Below are positions 20,529 to 28,251 of a DNA stretch of 32,000 nucleotides, piece after piece. The notes beneath the pieces were generated by a model that was not told the origin of the DNA, did not search any database, and saw nothing but the letters and a program-made list of their open reading frames with translations. The DNA is taken from contig NC_017080.1 in the NCBI RefSeq assembly GCF_000284115.1, positions 420,001-452,000 of the forward strand, written 5' to 3'. The DNA comes from Phycisphaera mikurensis NBRC 102666. GTDB lineage: Bacteria; Planctomycetota; Phycisphaerae; Phycisphaerales; Phycisphaeraceae. Position 1 is the first letter of the stretch. The number at the start of each line of letters is the position of its first letter. The position numbers were made by a program, and so were the translations under genes.

Positions 20529-21044
20529 ATGGGCCTCCGCGCGCTCCTGCGCGAGGACCTCGCCGCCCACGGCGGCGATTGGACGCGGCCGGGCTTCCGC
20601 GCCGTGGCGGTGCACCGGTTCGGGGTCTGGCGGATGGGGGTGGAGCCCAAGATCCTGCGGGCGCCGCTGTCGATTCTGTACCGCTGGGCGTACCGGAAGG
20701 TCCGCAACGGCTACGGCGTGGAGCTGCCGTACGACGCGAAGCTGGGCCGCCGCGTGGTGTTCGAGCACCAAAGCGGGATCGTCATCCACGGCTGCTGCGA
20801 GATCGGCGACGGCTGCGTCATCCGACAGGGCTGCACGCTGGGCAACAAAACGCTGGACCGGCCCTTCGACGCGCCCAAGCTGGGCAGGAACGTGAACGTC
20901 GGCGCCGGGGCGAAGCTGCTCGGAGCGATCACGCTCGGCGACGGCGCGGCGGTGGGGGCCAACGCGGTGCTCACGCGAGACGTGCCGGCGGGCGGGCTGG
21001 CGGTGGGCGTGCCGGCGGTCCTCAAGGAGCGGAGGCCGGCGTGA
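20529..21044 (+). CDS. Hexapeptide-repeat O-acetyltransferase (CysE/WcaB-like)
   Basis: LREDLAAHGGDW...HRFGVW is followed by left-handed beta-helix repeats (IGDGCVIRQGCTLG, VNVGAGAKLLGAITLGDGAAVGANAVL). ATG 20529 fits the family length; an alternative upstream ATG lies at 20427. Confidence 0.8.
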   Translation: MGLRALLREDLAAHGGDWTRPGFRAVAVHRFGVWRMGVEPKILRAPLSILYRWAYRKVRNGYGVELPYDAKLGRRVVFEHQSGIVIHGCCEIGDGCVIRQGCTLGNKTLDRPFDAPKLGRNVNVGAGAKLLGAITLGDGAAVGANAVLTRDVPAGGLAVGVPAVLKERRPA

Positions 21045-22135
21045 GCGACGCGACCCCGCAGACCGCACCCGCCCCGCGGATCGGCCTGGTCGCCATCGGC
21101 CGCAACGAGGGCGACCGCCTGCGCGACTGCCTCGACTCGGTGCTGGGCGAGGGGGCCGACGGCCGGTGGAACGGCCAGCCCGAGGCGGTCGTGTACGTCG
21201 ACTCGGGCTCCACCGACGGCAGCGTGGAGCTGGCGGAGAGCCGAGGCGCTTCGGTGGTGGAGCTGGACACCTCGATCCCCTTCACCGCGGCACGGGCACG
21301 CAACGAGGGCCGCGAGCGGCTGCGGGAGGTCGCTCCCGATCTCGGCTTCGTGCAGTTCGTCGACGGCGACTGCACGCTGCGGGCGGGGTGGCTGGAGGCG
21401 GCGGCGGCGACGCTCGCGGCCGAGCCGGACGTCGCCGTCGTGTGCGGGCGTCGACGCGAGCGGTTCCCGCAAGCGACGCGCTGGAACAAGCTCTGCGACA
21501 TGGAGTGGGACACGCCGGTGGGCGAGGCGGCGGCCTGCGGCGGCGACGCGCTGTACCGGCTGCCGGCTTTCGACGCCGTCGGCGGCTTCGATCCGACGTT
21601 CATCTGCGGCGAGGAGCCGCAGCTGTGCCTGCGGCTGCGGCGCGCGGGCCACCGGGTGCTGCGGATCGACCAGGAGATGACGCTGCACGACGCGGCCATG
21701 ACCTCCTGGCGTCAGTGGTGGAAGCGCAGCACCCGCGGCGGCTGGGCCTACGCCGAGGGGGCCGACCGCTACGGCAACGGGCCCGAGGCGTACAACGTGA
21801 AGCAGGACAAGAGCAACGTCTTCTGGGCTTGGGTCTTCCCCGCGATCGTCGGGGTCAGCACGCTGCTGGGGCTGTTCTTCACGCTGTGGTCGCTGCTGCT
21901 CCTGCTGCTGATCCCGGCCGGCTACGCGGTGCTCGCCTGGCGGGTGCGCGGGTACCGCATCGGCCGCGGCGACGGCCCGCGGGACGCGCTGTCGTACGGC
22001 GTGCTGACGGCGCTGGGCAAGTTCCCCTCGGCGGCGGGCCACCGGCGGTACTTCCAGCAGCAGCGGCGCGGCGGGCCGGCGACGCTCATCGAGTACAAGC
22101 CGTCCGGCGCAGCCGGGCAACCGGAGGCCGGATGA
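21041..22135 (+). CDS. Glycosyltransferase family 2 with C-terminal TM segments
   Basis: The GTG start overlaps the previous stop (GTGA). Motifs are IGLVAIGRNEG...VYVDSGSTDGS...FVDGDC. C-terminal hydrophobic helices are present (VFWAWVFPAIVGVSTLLGLFFTLWSLLLLLLIPAGYAVL). Confidence 0.8.
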   Translation: MSDATPQTAPAPRIGLVAIGRNEGDRLRDCLDSVLGEGADGRWNGQPEAVVYVDSGSTDGSVELAESRGASVVELDTSIPFTAARARNEGRERLREVAPDLGFVQFVDGDCTLRAGWLEAAAATLAAEPDVAVVCGRRRERFPQATRWNKLCDMEWDTPVGEAAACGGDALYRLPAFDAVGGFDPTFICGEEPQLCLRLRRAGHRVLRIDQEMTLHDAAMTSWRQWWKRSTRGGWAYAEGADRYGNGPEAYNVKQDKSNVFWAWVFPAIVGVSTLLGLFFTLWSLLLLLLIPAGYAVLAWRVRGYRIGRGDGPRDALSYGVLTALGKFPSAAGHRRYFQQQRRGGPATLIEYKPSGAAGQPEAG

Positions 22136-23286
22136 AGCTCGCGATGATCGGCTGCGGCTACGTGGCGAACATGTACCGGCTGACCCTCCCGCTCCACGCG
22201 GAGCTGGAGCTGGTGGGCGTGTGCGACCGCGACGCGGACCGGGCCGCCAAGATGGGCGAGCTGACGGGTGCCCGCGTCTACGCGGACCACGCCGAGGCCT
22301 GCGCCGACCTGTCGGTGGAGCTGGTGCTCAACCTCACCAACCCGGCGAACCACGTGCCGGTGACGCGGGCGGCGCTCGAAGCCGGGAAGCACGTCTTCAC
22401 CGAGAAGCCGGTGGCGCTGGACCAGCAGGAGGCGGCGTCGCTGGTGGCGCTCGCGAGAGAGCGGGGCGTGATGCTGTCGTCGGCGCCCTGCACGCTGCTC
22501 GCCGACGCCGCGCAAACGCTCTGGCGAGCGGTGCGGGAGGAGGAGGTCGGGAAGATCCGGCTGGTGTACGCCGAGATGGAGGACGGGCCGGTCCACCAGA
22601 TGCCGCTGCGGAAGTGGGTGAACGAGGCGGGCGTGCCCTGGCCGTACGTGGACGAGTTCGAGACCGGCTGCACGGTGGAGCACGCCGGCTACGTGCTGTC
22701 GTGGCTGTGCGCGATGTTCGGGCCGGCGAGGAGCGTCACCGCATTTGCGGCGGAGCTGGTGCCGGTGGAGGAGAAGATGCAGCGGCTGCCCGAGGACGCG
22801 TCGGCGGTGAAGGCGGTGGACGACTTCTCGGTCGCGTGCATCCGCTTCGCCTCCGGGCCGGTGGCGCGGCTGACCTGCGGGATCTACGCCAGCCACGACC
22901 ACCGGCTGCGGCTCTTCGGCGACGCGGGGGTGCTGGAGGTCGACGATCCGCGGAGCGACCGCTCCCCGGTTCGGCGGCGGCGGTACCACCAGATCCGCCG
23001 GAAGCGCTTCCTCTCGCCGCTGGCCAGGAAGCTCCCGCTGATCGGGGCCAAGCAGGAGAAAGTGGCCTACCGCGGGAGCCAGAGCCGGGACTTCTGCCGC
23101 GGGATCGCCGAGATGGCGGCGGCGCACCGGGCGGGGCGGCCGCCGCGGCTCGGCGCCGACTTCGCGCTCCACGTCAACGAGCTGACGATGGCGACGCAGA
23201 ACGCCCGGACGACCGGCATGCCGCACGAGCTGGCGACCACCTTCGAGCCGGTGCGGCCCGGCGGGTACCCGGAGGTGAATCCTTGA
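22132..23286 (+). CDS. Gfo/Idh/MocA-family oxidoreductase
   Basis: The ATG overlaps the previous stop (ATGA). MKLAMIGCGYVANMY is a Rossmann fold and HVFTEKPVAL is the EKP motif. Confidence 0.85.
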   Translation: MKLAMIGCGYVANMYRLTLPLHAELELVGVCDRDADRAAKMGELTGARVYADHAEACADLSVELVLNLTNPANHVPVTRAALEAGKHVFTEKPVALDQQEAASLVALARERGVMLSSAPCTLLADAAQTLWRAVREEEVGKIRLVYAEMEDGPVHQMPLRKWVNEAGVPWPYVDEFETGCTVEHAGYVLSWLCAMFGPARSVTAFAAELVPVEEKMQRLPEDASAVKAVDDFSVACIRFASGPVARLTCGIYASHDHRLRLFGDAGVLEVDDPRSDRSPVRRRRYHQIRRKRFLSPLARKLPLIGAKQEKVAYRGSQSRDFCRGIAEMAAAHRAGRPPRLGADFALHVNELTMATQNARTTGMPHELATTFEPVRPGGYPEVNP

Positions 23287-23339
23287 ACGCGTTGCGTCTG
23301 CGGCATCGGGCTCGTCTGCGGACACGGGGTGTGGCGGAT

Positions 23340-23385
23340 CCGCGGACCGCCGGGGGTTGGGTCTGTTGTCGTCGACGGTCCGCGG
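23340..23385. repeat. 46-bp palindromic element, copy 5
   Basis: Exact arms at 23340-23349 and 23376-23385 with a 26-nt spacer. The extended arms are GGATCCGCGGACCG / CGGTCCGCGGATtCC. It ends 10 nt before the ATG at 23395. Confidence 0.9.
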
Positions 23386-23394
23386 ATTCCGCTC

Positions 23395-24300
23395 ATGGGT
23401 GATCCCGCCCCCATCGCGGTCACCGGCGCGGCCGGGTTCCTCGGCTCGGCGATCCTCGACGCGGCGGCGGAGGCCGGCGTGCCGGTGCGGGCGGTGCTGC
23501 GGGAGGGCTCGACGCTGCCGGGCGGGGGGCGCGAGGGCGTGGAGGTGATTGCCTGCGGGCTCGACGATCCCGAGGCGCTGCGGGCGGCATTCCGCGGGTG
23601 CCGGGCGGTCGTCCACGCGGCGGCGTCGATGCGCGGCGACGGGCGCGACCCGACGGCGACGGTGCTCGACGCGGTCCGGGGGGAGGATCGGCCGCTCGTG
23701 CTGATCAGCTCGCTGAGCGTCTACGGCTTCGAGGCCCTCGAGCCCGGCGACGCGCTCACGGAGGATCGCCTCCGCTTCGACTCCGCGGGCGAGACCGGCC
23801 GCGACGCCTACGCGGCGCTCAAGCTCGGCCAGGAGCGGCACGCCGAGGCGCTGGCGGAGCGGCACCACCCGGTGGTCGTGCTGCGGCCGGGGGTGATCGT
23901 CGGGCCGGGCCGGAGGTGGTCGGCGCGGCTGGGCGTGGCGAAGGGGCCGCTGGCGGTCCGCATCGGCGGCGGGGCGGCGGTGCCGCTGATCGACGTCGCC
24001 GACTGCGGCCGGGCGGCGGTGCGGGCGGCGGTGCTGGAGCCCCAGCCGGGCTTCCGCGCCTTCAACCTCGTCGGCGACGACACGCCGACCCAGCGGGCGT
24101 ACCTGCGGCGGATCCGGCGAGAGGCGGGCGTGAAGGCGATCCTGCCGGTCCCCGCCGGGCTGATCGCCCGGGCCGGCCGCCTGCTGCACCCGCTCCTGGG
24201 CCGCCGGCTGCCCGGCATCCTCCGCCCCGCGGCCTTCGACGCGCGGTTCAAGCCGCTGCGTTATCCCAACGATCAAGCCAGAGCCGCCGGCCTGCTTTGA
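23395..24300 (+). CDS. NAD-dependent epimerase/dehydratase (SDR)
   Basis: MGDPAPIAVTGAAGFLGSAIL (GxxGxxG) and DAYAALKLG (YxxxK). Confidence 0.8.
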   Translation: MGDPAPIAVTGAAGFLGSAILDAAAEAGVPVRAVLREGSTLPGGGREGVEVIACGLDDPEALRAAFRGCRAVVHAAASMRGDGRDPTATVLDAVRGEDRPLVLISSLSVYGFEALEPGDALTEDRLRFDSAGETGRDAYAALKLGQERHAEALAERHHPVVVLRPGVIVGPGRRWSARLGVAKGPLAVRIGGGAAVPLIDVADCGRAAVRAAVLEPQPGFRAFNLVGDDTPTQRAYLRRIRREAGVKAILPVPAGLIARAGRLLHPLLGRRLPGILRPAAFDARFKPLRYPNDQARAAGLL

Positions 24301-25538
24301 GCACGACCCCGACCCCCAGCACCGCGCGGATCGCCTACCTCACCGGCGAGTACCCGCGCGCCACCGACACCTTCGTGCAGCGCGAGGTCGACGCGCTGCG
24401 CCGGCGGGGCATCGAGGTCCTGACCTTCAGCGTCCGCGCGACCGACGCCAGCCACCACGTCGGCGAGGAGCAGAGACGCGAGGCGGCGGCGACGTTCGCG
24501 CTGCTTCCGGCGGCGAAGAACCCGCTGAAGCTGCTCGCCGCCCACGCCCGCTGCCTCGCGGCCTCCCCGGGCAGCTGGTTCGCGGGCTTCGCCGCCGCGT
24601 GGGGCCTGCGCTGGCCCGGCCTCGCCGGCGCGGCGTACGCGCTCTTCTACTTCCTGGAGGCCGGCGTGCTCGCGGACCAGCTCCGCCGCAGGAGGGTCTC
24701 GCACCTGCACAACCACTTCGCCAACTCCAGCTGCTCGGTGGCGCTGACCGCGGGGAGGATCGCCGGCATCCCCTTCAGCTTCACGATGCACGGCCCGGCG
24801 ATCTTCTTCGAGCCGCACCGCTGGGCGGTCGGGAAGAAGATCGCCGCCGCCCGCTTCGTCGCGTGCATCAGCCACTACTGCCGCAGCCAGGCGATGATCC
24901 TCTGCGGCCAGGCGCACTGGCCCAAGCTGCACATCGTCCGCTGCGGCATCGAGCCGGAGCGGTACGCGGCGGTCGAGCACCGGGATGCGGGCGTCCGCGG
25001 CGACGGAACGATCCGGCTGCTGTTCGTGGGCCGGCTGGCGGCGGTCAAGGGGCTGCCGGTGCTGCTGGAGGCCTTCGCCAAGCTCCCCGAGCGCTTCCAC
25101 CTCTCGCTGATCGGCGACGGGGCCGACCGGAACGCGCTGGAGGCGGCGGCCGCGGCGCTGCCCGGCTCCGCCTCCGGCCGCGTCGCCTTCGAGGGCTACA
25201 AGAGCCAGGACGAGGTGGCGGCGGCGCTCGCGGAGACCGACGTCTTCGTGCTGCCCAGCTTCGCCGAGGGCGTGCCGGTGGTGCTGATGGAAGCGCTCGC
25301 GTCGGGTGTGCCGGTGGTGGCGACCCCGGTGGCCGGCGTGGGCGAGCTGGTGGGCGATCGGGTCTGCGGGCGGCTGGTGCCGCCGGGCGATGTGGCCTCG
25401 CTCGCGGAGGCCCTGCGGGGCCTGGGCGAGGATGCAACGGTCCGCACCGCCTACGGTTCCGATGGGCGGCAGCGTGTCGCCTCTGCCTTCCACGCCGACC
25501 GCGAAGCCGCGACGCTCGCGAAGCTTCTGCGGCACTGA
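24297..25538 (+). CDS. Glycosyltransferase family 1/4 (WcaL-like), paralog A
   Basis: The only start upstream of the conserved N-terminus (RIAYLTGEYPRATDTFVQREVDAL) is TTG 24297, which overlaps the previous stop (TTGA). Motifs are FSFTMHGP, FVGRLAAVKG and LPSFAEGVPVVLMEALASGVPVVAT (the EX7E motif). Confidence 0.8.
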   Translation: MSTTPTPSTARIAYLTGEYPRATDTFVQREVDALRRRGIEVLTFSVRATDASHHVGEEQRREAAATFALLPAAKNPLKLLAAHARCLAASPGSWFAGFAAAWGLRWPGLAGAAYALFYFLEAGVLADQLRRRRVSHLHNHFANSSCSVALTAGRIAGIPFSFTMHGPAIFFEPHRWAVGKKIAAARFVACISHYCRSQAMILCGQAHWPKLHIVRCGIEPERYAAVEHRDAGVRGDGTIRLLFVGRLAAVKGLPVLLEAFAKLPERFHLSLIGDGADRNALEAAAAALPGSASGRVAFEGYKSQDEVAAALAETDVFVLPSFAEGVPVVLMEALASGVPVVATPVAGVGELVGDRVCGRLVPPGDVASLAEALRGLGEDATVRTAYGSDGRQRVASAFHADREAATLAKLLRH

Positions 25539-25607
25539 AAGGCAAGCCTCCCGCCGATCCTGCCGATAGCCACGCCGGGTGCCTTCGCTGTCCGGGCGGC
25601 TCCCAAG

Positions 25608-25634
25608 GACCCGCCCCCCCCCCGGGGGCGGGTC
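25608..25634 (+). promoter_or_regulatory. 11-bp perfect GC hairpin containing a C10 homopolymer (possible attenuator/terminator or phase-variable tract)
   Basis: GACCCGCCCCC (25608-25618) pairs with GGGGGCGGGTC (25624-25634) across the loop CCCCC. The uninterrupted C run spans 25614-25623. It lies 70 nt after the GT1 stop and 36 nt before ATG 25670, with no U-tract. The structure is certain; the function is not. Confidence 0.4.
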
Positions 25635-25669
25635 GGATCCTCCTCCCGACGCCCGGCCCGAACCGCGAG

Positions 25670-26743
25670 ATGAACCCCGGAGCCCCCTCCAGCCGCCGCT
25701 ACTGCCTCATCAGCCCGGTGCGGGACGAGGCGCAGCACATGCGCCGGACCCTCGACAGCGTGCTCGGCCAGACCGAGCCGCCGACGAAGTGGGTGATCGT
25801 CGACGACGGCTCCACCGACGAGACGCCGAAGATCCTCGCGGCCTACGCCGAGAAGTACCCCTGCATCCAGGTCGTCCGGCGGAACCACCGCAGCGGGCGG
25901 CGGGTGGGGCCCGGGGTCATCGAGGCGTTCTACGAGGGCTACCGCGCGATCCGGCCCGAGGACTACGACTACCTCTGCAAGATCGACCTGGACCTCGACC
26001 TGCCGACCGGGTACTTCGAGGTGCTCATCGATCAGATGGAGGCCAACCCGCGGCTGGGCACCTGCTCGGGGAAGCCCTACTTCCCGGCCCCCTCCAACGA
26101 GGAGAAGACCTTCGCGGGGGAGCTCGTCAGCGAGAAGTGCGGCGACGAGATGTCCGTGGGGATGATCAAGTTCTACCGGCGGGAGTGCTTCCTGGAGATC
26201 GGCGGCTTCGTGAGCCAGGTGATGTGGGACGGCATCGATTGCCACCGCGCCCGCATGCACGGCTGGATCGCCTGCTCGTGGGACCACCCTGCGCTCCGCT
26301 TCATCCACCTCCGCCCGATGGGCAGCTCGCAGAAGAGCATCTTCACCGGGCGGATGCGGCACGGCTTTGGTCAGTGGTACATGGGCACGGGCCTGGCGTA
26401 CATGACCGCGAGCACGCTATACCGCCTCAGCCGGCCGCCGATCGTCGTGGGCGGGCTCGCGATGTACTGGGGCTACCTCAAAGCGATGCTCGACAGCCGG
26501 CCGCGCTACGAGGACCCGCTCTTCCGCCGCTTCCTCCGCAGCTACCAGTGGAGCTGCCTGCTCCGCGGGAAGGCGGGAGCGACCCGCCGGATCAACGAGG
26601 CGCAGGCGCCGATCTGGATCCGCGAGCACGGCGGCGTGCGTCGCACCGCGTCGGGTGCCTCCCCGCAGCCCGGCGCAGCGGGCACGCAGCCCCGCGGCTT
26701 CGGCGACGGCACCCTCTACGCCGAAGGCGCCTCCCCGGCCTGA
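25670..26743 (+). CDS. Glycosyltransferase family 2, membrane-associated
   Basis: YCLISPVRDEAQHMRRTLDSVLGQT, VIVDDGSTDET and KIDLDLDL (DxD), plus the C-terminal hydrophobic segment PIVVGGLAMYWGYL. Confidence 0.85.
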   Translation: MNPGAPSSRRYCLISPVRDEAQHMRRTLDSVLGQTEPPTKWVIVDDGSTDETPKILAAYAEKYPCIQVVRRNHRSGRRVGPGVIEAFYEGYRAIRPEDYDYLCKIDLDLDLPTGYFEVLIDQMEANPRLGTCSGKPYFPAPSNEEKTFAGELVSEKCGDEMSVGMIKFYRRECFLEIGGFVSQVMWDGIDCHRARMHGWIACSWDHPALRFIHLRPMGSSQKSIFTGRMRHGFGQWYMGTGLAYMTASTLYRLSRPPIVVGGLAMYWGYLKAMLDSRPRYEDPLFRRFLRSYQWSCLLRGKAGATRRINEAQAPIWIREHGGVRRTASGASPQPGAAGTQPRGFGDGTLYAEGASPA

Positions 26744-26807
26744 CCCCCGGCGGTCGCGGCCGGTCCTCCTCCCGGACCGGGCCGCTCCCGCTTGCTCCTT
26801 CCGTCCC

Positions 26808-28163
26808 ATGCCCGCTCCCGCCGCCGAACCCGCTGCCGACGCCGCGCCGGTGGCGTACCTGGTCAACGCGTACCCGAAGGTGAGCCACGCGTTCATCCGC
26901 CGCGAGATCGCGGCGCTCGAGGCGCTCGGGCAGCCGGTGCAGCGGGTGTCGATCCGGGCGGCGGAGGGCCTTGTCGACCCCGAGGACCTGGAAGAAGCAG
27001 GCCGCACGCGGGTCCTGTTCGAGCCGGCGCGGCTCGTGGGGCCGGCGCTGCGGGCGGCGCTGCGGCCGGGGCGGCTGGCGCGCGCCCTCGGGCAGGCGAT
27101 GGGCATGGCGGCGGCCCGCGGTGGCGGCCTCGCCGGCCGGCTCCGCCACCTGGTCTACCTGGTGGAGGCCTGCCGGCTGCGAGAGCTCGTCGACGCGGCC
27201 GGCGCCCGCCACGTGCACGCCCACTTCGGCACGAACCCCGCGGCGGTGGCCCGGCTGTGCCGGACGCTCGGCGGCCCGCCCTTCTCCTTCACGGTGCACG
27301 GCCCCGAGGAATTCGACCGGCCGGTGGGGCTCTCGCTGGCGAGCAAGGCGGCGGACGCCGCTTTCGTCGCCGCGGTGTCGAGCTTCGGGCGGAGCCAGCT
27401 GATGCGCTGGATCGACCCGCGCGCTTGGGACCGCATCGCCGTCGTGCGGTGCGGGCTCGACGCGGCGTACCTCCAAGCGGGCGACGCGGGGGCCTCCCGG
27501 CCCGCGAAGGCGGACCTCTTCGTGTGCGTCGGGCGGCTGTGCGAGCAGAAGGGCCAGCACCTGCTGGTGGAGGCGGTGGCCCGGCTGGCGGAGGGTGGCT
27601 CGCCGGTCCGGCTCCGCCTGGTCGGAGACGGCCCGATGCGGGCCGACCTGGAGGCTTTCGCCCGCGAGCGCGGAGTCGCCGACCGCGTCGAGTTCACCGG
27701 CAACGCCTCGGCGGAGGCGGTCCGCGGCCACCTGCTCGACGCCCGCGCAATGGCATTGCCGAGCTTCGCCGAGGGGCTTCCGGTGGTGCTGATGGAGGCG
27801 CTGGCGCTGGGCCGGCCGGTCATCAGCACCTACATCGCCGGCATCCCCGAGCTCGTCGACGCCGGGTGCGGCTGGCTCGTGCCCGCCGGGGATGCCGACG
27901 CCCTCGCCGAGGCGATGCGGGCGGCGCTGGCCGCGCCCGCCGCGGACCTGGACGCGATGGGCCGCGAGGGCCGCCGCCGCGTGCTCGAGCGACACGCCGC
28001 GCCGCGAATCGCAGCCCAGCTGCTCGGGCTCTTCGACGACGCCACACCCGCCGGCGAGCGCTCCGCGGCGGTGGCCTCGGCGGAAGCCGAAGCCCACGCG
28101 ACGCCCGAGGACCGGCCCGCGGCGGCGGCCGCCTCCCGTGTGGCCCCCGCGCCCGCGGCCTGA
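26808..28163 (+). CDS. Glycosyltransferase family 1/4 (WcaL-like), paralog B
   Basis: VAYLVNAYPKVSHAFIRREIAAL, FSFTVHGP, CVGRLCEQKG and LPSFAEGLPVVLMEALALGRPVIST. It is clearly homologous along its length to the GT1 at 24297-25538. Confidence 0.85.
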   Translation: MPAPAAEPAADAAPVAYLVNAYPKVSHAFIRREIAALEALGQPVQRVSIRAAEGLVDPEDLEEAGRTRVLFEPARLVGPALRAALRPGRLARALGQAMGMAAARGGGLAGRLRHLVYLVEACRLRELVDAAGARHVHAHFGTNPAAVARLCRTLGGPPFSFTVHGPEEFDRPVGLSLASKAADAAFVAAVSSFGRSQLMRWIDPRAWDRIAVVRCGLDAAYLQAGDAGASRPAKADLFVCVGRLCEQKGQHLLVEAVARLAEGGSPVRLRLVGDGPMRADLEAFARERGVADRVEFTGNASAEAVRGHLLDARAMALPSFAEGLPVVLMEALALGRPVISTYIAGIPELVDAGCGWLVPAGDADALAEAMRAALAAPAADLDAMGREGRRRVLERHAAPRIAAQLLGLFDDATPAGERSAAVASAEAEAHATPEDRPAAAAASRVAPAPAA

Positions 28164-28179
28164 AGACCCGGCGTCCGCC

Positions 28180-28230
28180 CACCCGCCCACCCGCACCCGC
28201 ACCCGCACCCGCACCCGCACCCGCACCCCG
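28180..28230. repeat. Hexanucleotide microsatellite (CACCCG)n
   Basis: Six perfect tandem CACCCG units span 28188-28223. A further unit at 28180-28185 and an imperfect unit at 28224-30 flank them. The tract is intergenic, between the GT1 stop (28163) and the GT2 start (28252). Confidence 0.9.
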
Positions 28231-28251
28231 CTCGCTCCCGTCCGACCGCCC

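Noticed and set aside
26760-26780. Hairpin CCGGTCC-tcctccc-GGACCGG in the GT2/GT1 gap, sharing the GGTCC/GGACC core of the element.
   Set aside because: The arm order is reversed, the spacer is 7 nt and the CCGCGG core is missing. It is a simple small hairpin and not a member of the family.
28180-28230. Possibility that the tandem repeat is a CRISPR-like array.
   Set aside because: The unit is 6 nt with no spacers, and no cas genes are present. It is a microsatellite.
27892-28251. Upstream extension of the synthase-type GT2 ORF that would translate the hexamer repeat as (TR)n. The minus strand gives (RV)n.
   Set aside because: It would overlap the 3' 270 nt of the preceding GT1 gene in another frame, and no in-frame start codon lies between the GT1 stop and GTG 28252. 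The repeat is best treated as intergenic.
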